Source: Camelus ferus
Lineage: Eukaryota
Length of the DNA stretch: 64,000 bases
Assembly: GCF_009834535.1 (NCBI RefSeq)
Contig: NC_045696.1
Location: 10,232,001 to 10,296,000, forward strand
Direction: 5' to 3'
The notes under the pieces are model-generated. The model had not been told where the DNA came from, made no database searches, and saw nothing but the letters and a program-made list of their open reading frames with translations. Positions 1 to 11,156 of the stretch are shown piece by piece. A program made the position numbers and the translations under genes. Every line of letters starts with the position of its first letter. The first letter of the stretch is position 1.

Positions 1-344
1 CTTTAGTAGTATCAGTAGTAGATTTTTTTTTAATTATCATGAAAATAGTGTATCTCTTATAACTAAACTGTATAGAACCATAATAAACTAAAAAGTGAAA
101 ACTGCCCTTCACCACCCCCACCCCCAACAACAATTTACACTTTCCAGAGATAATCACTGTGAAGTTTAGTGTAGCTCTTTCCAGACTTTTTCCACAGTGG
201 GTGTATATTTTCAATGTTATTTATTATACAATTGATGGCATTTTGAAATTTCAGTGATCATGAGTGTTAATTGATGAATTCTGTATATTGAAGGGTTTTT
301 TTCTTGGTACTCTACTAATTTTTGTGTTCTTTGTTTCCTAAAAG

Positions 345-548
345 ACTCCTCACGTATCAGTCTCCGAACCTGATATTCCGTCCTCAGAAAGTACTGAGTT
401 ACCTGTGGACTGGAGTATTAAAACTCGACTCCTTTTCACCTCTTCTCAGCCCTTTACCTGGGCAGATCATCTGAAAGCACAGGAAGAGGCTCAAGGTGTC
501 ATCCAGCATTGTAGGGCAACAGAAGTTACTTTGCCTCAAAGTATACAG
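345..548 (+). CDS. DONSON: DONSON internal coding exon (exon 3 by human numbering; gene starts upstream of window)
   Basis: AG at 343-344 and GT at 549; 204 nt encoding [51 protein letters not shown]...QSIQ. Confidence 0.9.
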
Positions 549-1506
549 GTAATTCTCAAAGTAAATAGCTATGTTTTAAGCTAACAAATTAAGTGTAAAA
601 TGTACTTCTCTGCAGAATATCAGAGATAGTTCCATTAAGTTTTTCTTCTGACATTTAAAACACAGAAAGTTGGGAAAATTTTTAATTTCCCAAATGATAC
701 TTTCATACTTTTTAAAATCAGATTCAGTAACTACTCATTAAATTTAGAGAGCTATCCTGAGAATAAGTCAGTGTTGCATGGAGGAATTGTTTAAACTAAT
801 CATTCTTTTCTAAGGCTTTTTGAGAAAGAAAATGTAAGGAAAAGAAATGAAAAGCAGTTGAGTAGGATTGCCAAGGCAGATTGGTTATTTTACTGATTTT
901 TTTCACGTAATATATACTCTGTTTTTTAAATGCACTAATTCTTGCCATTAGGGTGATGGTCTGTTTTAAATTCAGTAGAGTTAATAATGAGTTCTGGAAT
1001 GATTTTAGAGAAATGTAATTGCATTACTTTCAAGGAGCTCATCAACTCAAACCAGGTTATAAGAGATTACCTAAAAGAGGCCTGTCTTTTTCGACAAATA
1101 GATCTGGATGATTTGTGATTCACATCATTTTTACTGGCTACTTTTGGAACCGTTTGTGAGGGAAGGAGGTTGAACATAGTGTTTCCTACACATGCATCCC
1201 CACACACACCCCTGCTCTCGTGGTAGAGATAGTTACTGTTCTCAAGGGTGGTAGAGACAGGCGAATGTTCCCATCTGTGTCTGAGTGTTCCTTCTAATAT
1301 GTGGTTTAACAGATTGTAATTGCTGGCAGATAAGGTTTTCCTAAACAATAATAAACTACATTTTAGCCCCTGTAACAGTTACTAACACTTTCCTATAGGA
1401 AGCAGTAAAGATTCTGAGAATGTGTTTAGTATATTCAGTGTCTTTTTAATTAAATTCTCTACTTTTAATGGGGCAAAAACTGTCCAACGTTTTGTCTGGA
1501 TTTTAG

Positions 1507-1685
1507 GATCCCAAACTCTGCACTGAGCTCCGTTGTGCCTTCCAGCAGAGCCTTATCTATTGGCTCCACCCTGCCTTTTCTTGGCTACCACTGTTCCCTC
1601 GTATTGGAGCGGACAGAAGAATGGCTGGAAAGACAAACCCATGGTCGAATGATGAAACCCTGCAACACAATTTAATGAGTGACTG
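1507..1685 (+). CDS. DONSON: DONSON exon 4
   Basis: ttttag/gtaag flanks; [39 protein letters not shown]...MSDW. Confidence 0.92.
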
Positions 1686-1902
1686 GTAAGATTAGTAAAA
1701 ACTTGTACAACCCAGTAGCGAATTTTCATTTTAGCAGTATTCTCACCTTATTTTATGATGTGGAAATGTAAAGTGGTAGAAGGATTTCTATGTCCTTCTG
1801 AATTATTTAAACTGTTAATAACCAAGATTTAAACTGTTTACTTTTTTAGCTCTTATTCACTCTTTATGCAGTTGTGGAATATATATGTGTTCGATAAGTA
1901 TA

Positions 1903-2503
1903 TAGAGACATAATTTTTTTAACATACAGAAAACCTCTTTATTGAAGAATAACTTAATGTACACAGACTCTTCTAAGTGTACAATTAAATGCCTTTTAGT
2001 AAATTTATATCGTTGTACAACCATTGCTAAGTTTTAGATCGTTTACCTCATCCCAGAAAGTTTTCTCATGCCCATTTGCATTAATTCCTGATCCCACTCC
2101 TAGCCCCAAATGACCACTGATTTATTTCTGTATCAGTAGATTTGCCTTTTCTAGACATTGTATATAAATGTAGTGTTCTGAGTTCTTTCCCTTAGAATAA
2201 TGGTTTTGAAGCTCATCCATATGGTGTCATGTATAATTAGGTTTCTTTTTATTGCTGAATAGTATTCTACTTCAGCATTACTTTCTAATTTTTTTTTTTG
2301 TATATATATTTTTTTATTGAAGTATAGTTAGTTTACAATGTTTTCTCAATTTTTGGTGAACAGCATAATGCTTTAGTCATACATGAATGTACATGTATTT
2401 GTTTTCTTACTCTTTTTCACCGTAAGTTACTATAAGATATTGAATATAGTTCCCTGTGCTATATATACAGTATAAACTTGTTTATCTATTTTAGAGACAT
2501 AAT
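1903..2503 (-). mobile_element. Truncated L1 3' end plus older L1M-type fragment inside one target-site duplication
   Basis: TAGAGACATAAT at 1903-1914 and 2492-2503; T-runs at 1914-1920 and 2289-2299; TTTATTGAAG L1 termini at 1938 and 2313. Confidence 0.7.
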
Positions 2504-2840
2504 CTTAAATGTTACTTCTTATCAGTGGCTGCTTTCTTTCTCATCAGTAGAAGCTGCTTATTAAAAGTCAGCAACCACTTATTAAGTAAGTTTTGTTGAA
2601 AGAAAAAATGGCTAGTGTTTAAATGGTGAACACTATTTATTTAGAAGTCATCAATGAGTCCCATGACCAATTTCAGTTCTTTAAAAAGCCAGGTTGTGTG
2701 TCATGGCAAAAATTCAAACCATTATCTGTAATATTTGTGTTTTAAATCAGGTGAGTATCAAATTAAACTATACAAGATTAAATAGTAGGTGTTGAGTTAA
2801 GTGTTTAATGGTACCTAAAGAAAAATTTTTTGCTTCATAG

Positions 2841-3019
2841 GTCTGTGAGCTTTACTTCTCTATATAATCTGCTGAAGACAAGACTTTGCCCCTTTTTCTA
2901 CGTTTGTACCTATCAGTTTACTGTCCTGTTCCGTGCAGCAGGATTAGCTGGAAATGATGTAATCACAGCTCTCGTATCTCCTACGACCAGAGGTATAAGA
3001 GAAGCTATGAAAAACGAAG
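2841..3019 (+). CDS. DONSON: DONSON exon 5
   Basis: catag/gtaaa flanks; [34 protein letters not shown]...[13 protein letters not shown]; inside ORF 2830-3087. Confidence 0.92.
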
Positions 3020-3321
3020 GTAAAACTACAGGTTTAAGTGAGAATACCACACCATACAGTAAAGTTTCCTTAAAAGCTAAAATTTGAACTGTCTTTTGAA
3101 TTCTCTTTTACCAGTTTTATCTAATTAATTACTTTATTTCTTCATTTTTTATTTTTCTCCAGCATGTAATTAAGCAGTCCACTGCACATGGCTTTATGTT
3201 AGTGGTGTTCCCTTCTCTGATCTCTAAACATATATTGAACTGAAAAGTCTCAATCTGGATATGTTCTGTAGAAATTCTTTTGCAGTACAAATTAACCTAC
3301 CACCTTTTAATCATGATTTTA

Positions 3322-3520
3322 AGGCTGGGTCAACCCATTAGTGGATCATGAAATCTATGTAGTGGGCTTATTCAGCACAGTTTAAAATAAATGAAATAGA
3401 GTAGAATATAGTTGATGGAGGAGTACCAGATGTAGTGAGAGTACGTGTTGTTTCCTGAACCTTTTGTTTCAAGGATGTGTGTGTTGTGAGCTGCTGTCAA
3501 AAAAGCTTGAAAAGTACTGT
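3322..3520. mobile_element. MER103-like hAT-Charlie DNA transposon remnant
   Basis: TCAACCCATTAGTGGATCATGAAATC...AAATGAAATAGAGTAGAATA...AAAAAAGCTTGAAAAGTACTG resembles the recalled consensus. Confidence 0.5.
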
Positions 3521-3642
3521 CTTAACCGTTCAAGTGTAAAACCTCATTTTCGGATATCATACTCTACAAGTTGGGCACACCTATTGAATTCTTTTAGATT
3601 ATATCAAAGAAAACTCAGTTACATTTTTCTTTTCTCATGTAG

Positions 3643-3721
3643 GTATTGAATTTTCTCTGCCTTTAATAAAAGAAAATTGCCATGAGAAGAAGAAAGCATC
3701 TGAAACAAGCTTGGGACATGA
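3643..3721 (+). CDS. DONSON: DONSON exon 6
   Basis: tgtag/gtatgt flanks; (G)IEFSLPLIKENCHEKKKASETSLGH; phase consistent with neighbours. Confidence 0.85.
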
Positions 3722-3839
3722 GTATGTGATTAAGAGAACCTTTCACATCATGTGGTGACTTAGGGGTTCAGTGCAATAGTTTTATAGAGGAAACAGCGTT
3801 ATGAAATGGGAACCGTAACTGACTGTAGCAATTTCCTAG

Positions 3840-3944
3840 GGAGCAAGCAGTCAGCGATGAGGATGAAGAAGAAAGTTTTTCCTGGCTAGAGGAGATGGGT
3901 GTGCAAGATAGAATCAAAAAACCAGACGTACTTTCTATCAAGTT
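3840..3944 (+). CDS. DONSON: DONSON exon 7 (followed by U12-type intron)
   Basis: cctag acceptor; [34 protein letters not shown]; donor GTATCCTTT at 3945. Confidence 0.88.
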
Positions 3945-4425
3945 GTATCCTTTCATTTGCTGTTAACTGGAATTGATTTTCATTGAATTAAGTTAGTGGC
4001 AGTTTTTTTTGACTATAATCTTAAATTATCTTTAAGATCCTATTAAAACTGATTCTCCATCATGACACTAAAAAAAAATCCTTAAACAAAAAAGAAAAAA
4101 GCCCTAAGGACCAATAAACCCTAAATTATTTAACTTTTTTTAAGTGAAAATGTTCCATTTTGGTTAAATGTAGGGAGGGAATAGAACATATTTTTGACTA
4201 GAAAAGAAATTAGTTTTTTTAGGTATCAATTTCTAGCAAATTTAGACAGTCAAAGGAAATCATTTTGATTTAAATAGATGCCTTATAATTGCAGTGAAGA
4301 GGATTAGCTAGAGCAGTTCCAGTTTGGAATGGGGAAAATGGTTTCAGGTGATTCAGGATCAAGATAACTGCTTTTCCTATTGGCATGGGATTTGCATTTG
4401 CAATTTCCTTGATTGTCATCTTCAG

Positions 4426-4624
4426 GCGTAAAGAAAAACACGAAATACAAATGGATCACAGACCTGAGTCTGTTGTGTTGGTAAAGGGATTGAACACCTT
4501 TACATTGCTAAATTTTTTGATCAACTCTAAGAGTTTAATTGCTACCTCAGGTCCACAGGCAGGACTTCCACCAACTCTCCTGTCCCCAGTAGCTTTCCGG
4601 GGTGCCACAATGCAAATGCTTAAG
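4426..4624 (+). CDS. DONSON: DONSON exon 8
   Basis: ttcag/gtaat flanks; [21 protein letters not shown]...[21 protein letters not shown]. Confidence 0.92.
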
Positions 4625-5366
4625 GTAATAAAAAGAAAACAAAGGAAATTCTACACTAATATCTAGCTTTTAAAGTCATACTTTTTGTTTTGATAGGATA
4701 AATTCTTTATGTGTTTTTAATAACTCCTAATATCTACATGGTACAAATTGTTTTTTGCTTTCCTCCCAGTAAAAAAATTCCTTGGTATAAAGTTCTATCA
4801 GAGCAATTAAATGAAAATATATTAATTATATGAAATGTTATACTTGAATTATTGCCGTAAGAAAAAGTTGTTTAATCTCATTTTGTCTCATTTCTTAACC
4901 AGTAAATGAACAGAGCCAAGAATGTTACGTAAAATTACAGGATGTCTCAAAAACTGGATCATGGATAAGTGAAAAGAATAACTATATATCCAAATTATTG
5001 AAAAAATTACACATGTAAATAAAAAATGTATACTGAATATAGTAGTAACACAATTGAATTTTTAGTTTCCCAATATTCTGTATTGAAACTATACTCATAA
5101 GTCAGAAAGAATACCATATTAAGAAACTGTTCTCTAGAATTAATACTTAAATTGACAATCTCATAATTTGGAGAAGAGGATTCTGGAAGCTGAGAATTAC
5201 TTAACATTTTTTACTGGTGTAACATTCTTTTGACGGCTTATGAACTACTTTTGTTTCATAACTATTAGAGAAGAAAACCCAGATGAGAGAAGTTATGGAA
5301 CACATTTTAGCTAGGGACAAAATCTTGAAAGATGGTGACCATGATTTTCTTTAAATTTTTTTGAAG

Positions 5367-5579
5367 GCACGCAGTGTAAATGTGAAGACACAAGCTCTTT
5401 CTGGATACAAAGATCAATTTAGTTTGGAAATTACAGGTCCTGTCATGCCTCATTCTCTACATTCCATGACCATGCTCCTCAGATCTTCACAGAGTGGGTC
5501 ATTTTCTGCAGGACTGTATACACACGAGCCAACTGCTGTGTTTAATATCTGCCCACCAATGGATGAAGTACTAGATAAG
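5367..5579 (+). CDS. DONSON: DONSON exon 9
   Basis: tgaag/gtgag flanks; [32 protein letters not shown]...DEVLDK. Confidence 0.92.
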
Positions 5580-6028
5580 GTGAGACTGCTGTGAGCAGAT
5601 CGTCTGCCGTTTCCTCAAGCTGGATGGAGGAAATAAGCGATTTATAAGCCAAAATGGGGCGTTTCAAGTTATTAAACTGTACTACTTACTATTATCACTA
5701 GTTACTAAGAGGAAGGGATAAAGACTGAGTTTTTTGTGAGATAAATTTTATGAATTCAGGCTGATGTATTCAACATTGACTAAGAAACTTCCCAGTTCTT
5801 TTCATTGTCCTCTGAGATCCAAAACTTAATAGTGCCTGGCTCCTTTACTATAAATTGTGGGTGTTTATTTAACCATGTTTGCCTTTTAAAAACTTTGGAC
5901 ATACGTAGTTTTTTATTTAGAGTTTATGAAAGACTCTTAAATTGTCCGTTTTATCAGTTTGCTACTTAAACTCTTCAGTGTTCAAAGACTGACGTGCTTT
6001 TAATTAAGTTGCATTCAAATTTCCACAG

Positions 6029-6166
6029 GAGGCTGTTCATGAGGAGCTTGCTAACTGTGGATTGCACCCTAAGACTCTGAACCAACTTAGTCAAACACCA
6101 ACACTGGGGAAATCATCTTTACGGCATGTGGAAATGAGTGACTACATTTATAGTTGGAGATCCTGA
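6029..6166 (+). CDS. DONSON: DONSON last coding exon
   Basis: ccacag acceptor; [45 protein letters not shown] then TGA at 6164-6166. Confidence 0.9.
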   Translation, partial: EAVHEELANCGLHPKTLNQLSQTPTLGKSSLRHVEMSDYIYSWRS

Positions 6167-6811
6167 ACACCAAAGTAAGCCTAACAGGAGTCTTTTGAGG
6201 AAAAAAGCCTTCTAGCAAAGAAATTCAAGATCCTTATTCCTTTGGCTTTAAAGTTCACTTTGGAAGTTAACAGGAATATAGCTTTTTAAGTATTCAAGTG
6301 TTTATAAACATTAACCTTTTATAGTAATTTTTATTACATGCAGTAAGCAGAAGGATTAAGGTTTTAAAATCAACATACTGTTTTTACTATTTTGATTAGT
6401 CAGATACGAAGATGAACTTTTTAAGAAGTTTAAATAACTTGAATGAAAATTCTAGATCCATATAACGTGATTATAAAATGGGTAGAAAACTTGAGTGTTT
6501 CCTTGCAAGTGGAAATTGAGGCTTAGGACCAGTTACGGCATTGTGACTAATAGCATCAGGGCAAATCTTTAACAGTTCACTTAGGATTACCAGCCAGTTC
6601 TAGCTGTACAGAGGGAGAAAACAAATGTAGACACAGCTACCAAGCTGACTGCTGCTACCACCTAGTTGTTTAGTTCCTACCTGTTTAAAAGTTTGTTTTA
6701 ATGTACGTTAATTCAGATAAGAGTATTTTGTATTCCACATAGAACAGTATTGAGTTGTAAAGTATGCTCAGCTGTCGTGACAAGGTAGTATTTAATATTT
6801 TCTTGTAGGCA

Positions 6812-6813
<2 letters not shown>

Positions 6814-6844
<31 letters not shown>
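6814..6844. repeat. (TG)n microsatellite in DONSON 3' region
   Basis: Uninterrupted TG run. Confidence 0.95.
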
Positions 6845-6847
<3 letters not shown>

Positions 6848-6860
6848 TCAAACTTTCTTA

Positions 6861-6961
6861 AATAAAAGCACTTAGAAATCAAAACATTGGGTAAAGAAGT
6901 AACAGTAGTGAAGAAGTATGTGTTCACTTTGCAATTCAGAAAATAAACCACCACATTTATT
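6861..6961. terminator. Convergent polyadenylation signals of DONSON (+) and SON (-)
   Basis: AATAAA on + at 6861-6866 and 6942-6947; AATAAA on - at 6956-6961 (TTTATT), another at 7123-7128. Confidence 0.55.
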
Positions 6962-7865
6962 CCAGAGAAGTTTATATTTGGGCCTTAAGCTTTTGAAAAT
7001 AAAGTTTAGAGACATAGCATATGGATACCACTGTAATACACATGAAATATTCTATCAGACCCTAAAAATTAACATAAACTTAAACTTTCTCATAGTCAAC
7101 AAAATAGTGGCTGGGTGCCGATTTTATTAGATAAGTTGGTTACAGCATTTTAATTATCATTTTACGTCTATCTAGGTGTAGCTGAAATTCAAAATGCACA
7201 TCAAAGTAAAACTATATCACAACTCAATGCCATACTAAATGTACTTGGCCTCTGCAGAATTCTAGTCAGACTTCATTTTGACTCCCTTCTCATTCATGGC
7301 CCAGGTGGCTTTGACAGAAACGCAGGACTTAGTGCTGATCATCACACAACAAACCACTTTCTTTTTATAACCTCTACAAAATTTTAAAGGGGACACGGTG
7401 GCATTAGCCCTGTGGAACAGATCTTGCTTGATTACCTCAATAACACTGGCCCAGTATCTGTCCAGCAGAACCCATTGTGAACTAGTACAAGGTGCACAGC
7501 CCTTCACTGATTACAGGCAAGTGTTACAGCAGCCTAGCCGTAAGGAAGGGGAGTTACATCATAGTACAAAATACAGTATAAAAGCGTTATTTAACATTCC
7601 ACACTGAAGATTACGGATGCCTTCAAACAATCGTTTGGATGTTAGCCACTTAAACAAATACATCACTAAGGTAAACAATATAAACATACCAAAACCCTGT
7701 ATGGTTAAATACAATTTCCATGGTACAAAAATCAAAGCCTGGAGATGTTTGTACAGATTGCTTTTTACACAATGTCTTAAATTGCCAAATATTTACAACA
7801 TTAAAGAGGAAATACATTTTGATGCAGAGTAAAATTATCTGAAATGATTAATATAAAACCTCAAT

Positions 7866-8024
7866 CTATCTACGTGAGGCACTCCTGAAGCAAGTGGCAT
7901 TAGCCATGAGGTCCTTTGGTACAAGGCCCATTGCTTGAAGAACCACAGTAGCTGCTGTGGCTTTAGCATGCTTCTTATTAGGGCTGGCAAAGCTGGGCTG
8001 GTAAGCGCTTCCATTTATCAATAC
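7866..8024 (-). CDS. SON: SON last exon, downstream acceptor (completes the dsRBM; spliced total 2481 aa)
   Basis: AG at 8025-8026; VLINGSAYQPSFASPNKKHAKATAATVVLQAMGLVPKDLMANATCFRSASRR then TAG. Confidence 0.85.
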   Translation of the reverse strand, partial: VLINGSAYQPSFASPNKKHAKATAATVVLQAMGLVPKDLMANATCFRSASRR

Positions 8025-8077
8025 CTATTCAAGAAAAACATACAATTGGGCTGGTAAGGGCTTCCATTTCTCAATAC
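8018..8077 (-). CDS. SON: SON last exon, upstream duplicated acceptor (short C-terminus; spliced total 2448 aa)
   Basis: AG at 8078-8079; VLRNGSPYQPNCMFFLNRY then TGA; resembles recalled canonical mammalian SON end ...CMFFLNRY. Confidence 0.85.
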   Translation of the reverse strand, partial: VLRNGSPYQPNCMFFLNRY

Positions 8078-8575
8078 CTATTCAAGAAAAACATACAAGG
8101 AACAGCATCAAACTTTAATATCTATTAGGTTTGTATTTTTTTTTCACTAAATGCTAGAAAAATACTTTATAAAAATCTAAAACCCCATACTATGTAAGTC
8201 AAACTAATCTCAACCCAGAAAGAAGCAAATCATTTGAGAAAAGGGACTGCAAATTAAGAGCAGGTCTCCAAACTGAAGGGGGGAAAAAAACCTGATAAAA
8301 ACTAAATTATTTCCCCGGGTTCCACTGGAAAAGGGCAACAAACCGTTCACCAGATTTTGCCCACCTCTGTCCCTCCAACATTTAAAAAATATATCAACAG
8401 GTCATATTAAAGCATATTTAAATGTTTAAAAATTCCACTACTATACCCACATATAAACATACTCCCAACCCATAACACATTAATCCTGTGATCGTATAAT
8501 GCTAATCCCTTACCCTCTAACATTAAGTCATCAAATTAATAACTGTATACAATTAATGCAGAAATTCATATTTAC

Positions 8576-8691
8576 CCTAAAGAGAAAATGTTTGCGATGA
8601 TCAGGGCCACTATCATGGACCAAGAGAAATTCAGGTGGTTGCCACCTTCTCTTATTACAGATTTCCATCAAGGCAGACACAGGATGTTTGC
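8576..8691 (-). CDS. SON: SON exon 11 (dsRBM N-terminal half)
   Basis: GKHPVSALMEICNKRRWQPPEFLLVHDSGPDHRKHFLFR; canonical AG/GT. Confidence 0.92.
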
Positions 8692-8798
8692 CTACAGAGA
8701 AAGAAAAAAAAGTTACTAATTATTTCTACATCTGTGGCAACAAATTATAAATTCAAGGAGAGGGTGGGGCAAGAGAAAACTCAAAAGCACACTCTCAC

Positions 8799-8870
8799 CT
8801 GACAGATCTTTCATTGCAGCCGAGAAGTTCCCAGACCTCTTTTGTGCTCTTTCTCCTACAGCAACAAGAC
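8799..8870 (-). CDS. SON: SON exon 10
   Basis: 72 nt, GLVAVGERAQKRSGNFSAAMKDLS; AG/GTGAG. Confidence 0.9.
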
Positions 8871-10415
8871 CTTAAAACAAAAACAAATTATGTTCACTGA
8901 ATAAATTTCAAAGCATCATTTAAAAATATTCAACTCCCACTACCCTTAATTTCTGTTTAAATCTTGACTTGTTTTGCTGTTTCAATATACAAATCTATAC
9001 GTAGTCATGTCTTAGTATTAGAAAATTGTATAAAATTAAAATGTTCAGAAAATACTAGAATATATGACTACATACATAAATTGCCATAATTAACTCCAGA
9101 TGTTTCCCTGTAAGTTTAACATAGTCGATATCTGCAAATGATTTCTAAAGGTTTCCCATTCCTTAAAAAAAGATGCTCACTTTAGTATGTTCCCCAAGGG
9201 ACAAGGACTTTAGGCCAAAACAAAGTAAAAAAGTGAGAAAAGTTTTCTCATGGATAACTGGGTCCAATTTTTCCCCAGCAAACAAGCCCTTTCTGACTTC
9301 ACAGCCTCATTTTTCCAAAGGGGTTCAGCTATATTACTATCTAAAACCAATGTTTTCCATTTATCCTAGGGGGAATTCTTCAACTAGTTATTTGTCAATT
9401 CTGCCACTATGTTTTCCTAAACCCAGGTCACGTTGCATAATTCCAAAAGGACTACTCCCTGGAATTATGCAGTGCATCCACAGATGTTTTCTTTCAATAA
9501 ACCACCTTTCATGACACAAAGAATCTATTCAACTTGTATTAAGTAGTATAATGACAATGTGACAATCAGTACAATGTCTTTTTCAAACTTAATCTGAATT
9601 AATGCTATAGTATACAATGATTCTTAGGTTATTTCCAGCTTATTTTTGATTAGCAGAATTATAATAAATTCCCTCCAATTTGGAATAAAATTCTAATCGT
9701 TGTGTTAACACAGTATTCTTATGTGGATGACAATGTAGAAATTCTGATGCAAAACATTTTTAAAACACGTAATTCAGTCAGAGCTAGTTGGTTTCCAAAT
9801 TCATTAAGACAATTTAATTACATTAACTTCAACTTAACTTTCGATCTAATTACGAAGATCAGGAAAATAAATTCATTTAAATTTTTCCAGTTTTTAAAAA
9901 TCAGGCATAAACAAGCTATTAAAATCACATTGAGCTGGCAGCCCCAAGAAACTACACTGGACATTATTCCAAGGGAAGAAATGCAACAAGAAGTGGTAGC
10001 ACTGTTGTCAGCAGGGGGTCTACTACTCTAGCCCCAGGATAGAGAACTCAATTACTAAGCTTGAAAAAGGACATGCAAAAAGGGCTTATAAAGTGAAGAC
10101 TAAAGAGCACTCTAACAGGAAATAAGGAGAATATATCGGGTAAAATAACTGAAAATGAAAAAATAAATCCAATAAATAAATAAATAAATAAAATAAAATT
10201 CTAGAAACAAAGGCAAGCATATGCTCCCTGTCAAGACAACAAAATGGAATTTCATTTTCTAAACATATCAAACTTAAAATTTAATTATATATTCACATAA
10301 AAGTTGCCTTTTAATTTCAAATTAGTGTTTCCATCTTTTTTTATGTAGTGTCTGAAATGGGTTAAACTTTTGTTTTCTTAACAAGGAGCTGTACATATAT
10401 CGTTAAGTGTCTCTA

Positions 10416-10546
10416 GGGAGGAGGTACAGCTCAGTGGCAGAGCGCATGCTTAGCACGCATGAGGTTCTGGGTTCAATCCCCAGTACCTCCTTTAAAAATA
10501 AATAAACCTAATTATCTCCCCACCCCCCCAAAAACAAACAAAATAA
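10416..10546 (+). mobile_element. tRNA-derived SINE (camelid Vic-1-like)
   Basis: A-box AGCTCAGTGG, B-box GGTTCAATCC, then CCCAGTACCTCC, AAATAAACCTAATT and C-rich/A-rich tail. Confidence 0.8.
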
Positions 10547-10850
10547 TGAGCAGACTAAAAACAGAGAAGATATGGGTGGTGGGAAGGGACAGACTGGGAT
10601 TTCAAAATGTAGAACAGATAAACAAGATTATACTGTACAGCACAGGGAAATATATACAAGATCTTGTGGTAGCTCACAGCGAAAAAAAAAAATGTGAGAA
10701 TGAATATATATATATGTTCATGTATAACTGAAAAATTGTGCTCTACATTGGAATTTGACACATTGTAAAATGGCTGTAACTCAATAAAAAGAAGTTAACC
10801 CCCCCCCAAAAATAAATAAATATAAAAAGAGAAGATAGGAAAAAATAAAA
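10547..10850 (+). mobile_element. L1 3'UTR fragment with polyA tail
   Basis: ATAAACAAGATTATACTGTACAGCACAGGGAAATATAT...TGTATAACTGAA...ACATTGTAAA...CTCAATAAAAA typical of laurasiatherian L1 3' ends. Confidence 0.75.
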
Positions 10851-11008
10851 CGAAATTTGGTATCAAAGTTCTCCTAAATATACTACATGGGATATTTAAA
10901 AAAAAAAAAGTGCCTCCAGTTCAGGATCACTGAAATCAGAAAACAAATGTATGACAGCAATGAAAGCCCAAGTGTTAAAGGTATGATAAACATTCTTAAA
11001 AAACTTAC

Positions 11009-11156
11009 CTTTTCGGTCTGTCTTAAAATCAACTAGAATAGGTTCCTTATTTCCTTCTTTGTTTTTTCCTAATCCTTCTCCTTCTCTCCAGCCCATTTTT
11101 CTCATCAAAACGGCTCCCATTCCTCCAGTTACTGGGGCTGCTCTTAAGAACTGATC
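11009..11156 (-). CDS. SON: SON exon 9 (G-patch domain)
   Basis: DQFLRAAPVTGGMGAVLMRKMGWREGEGLGKNKEGNKEPILVDFKTDRK; G-patch glycine pattern; AG/GTAAG. Confidence 0.93.

Noticed and set aside
9930..10130. Possible cryptic SON exon in intron 9 (acceptor CCTTATTTCCTGTTAG near 10112)
   Set aside because: No convincing matching donor found
10416..10490. tRNA-Ala-like sequences (also near 17925, 26768 and 48894)
   Set aside because: They carry SINE-specific bodies, A-tails and in one case a perfect TSD, and lack a proper acceptor stem, so they are SINEs and not tRNA genes
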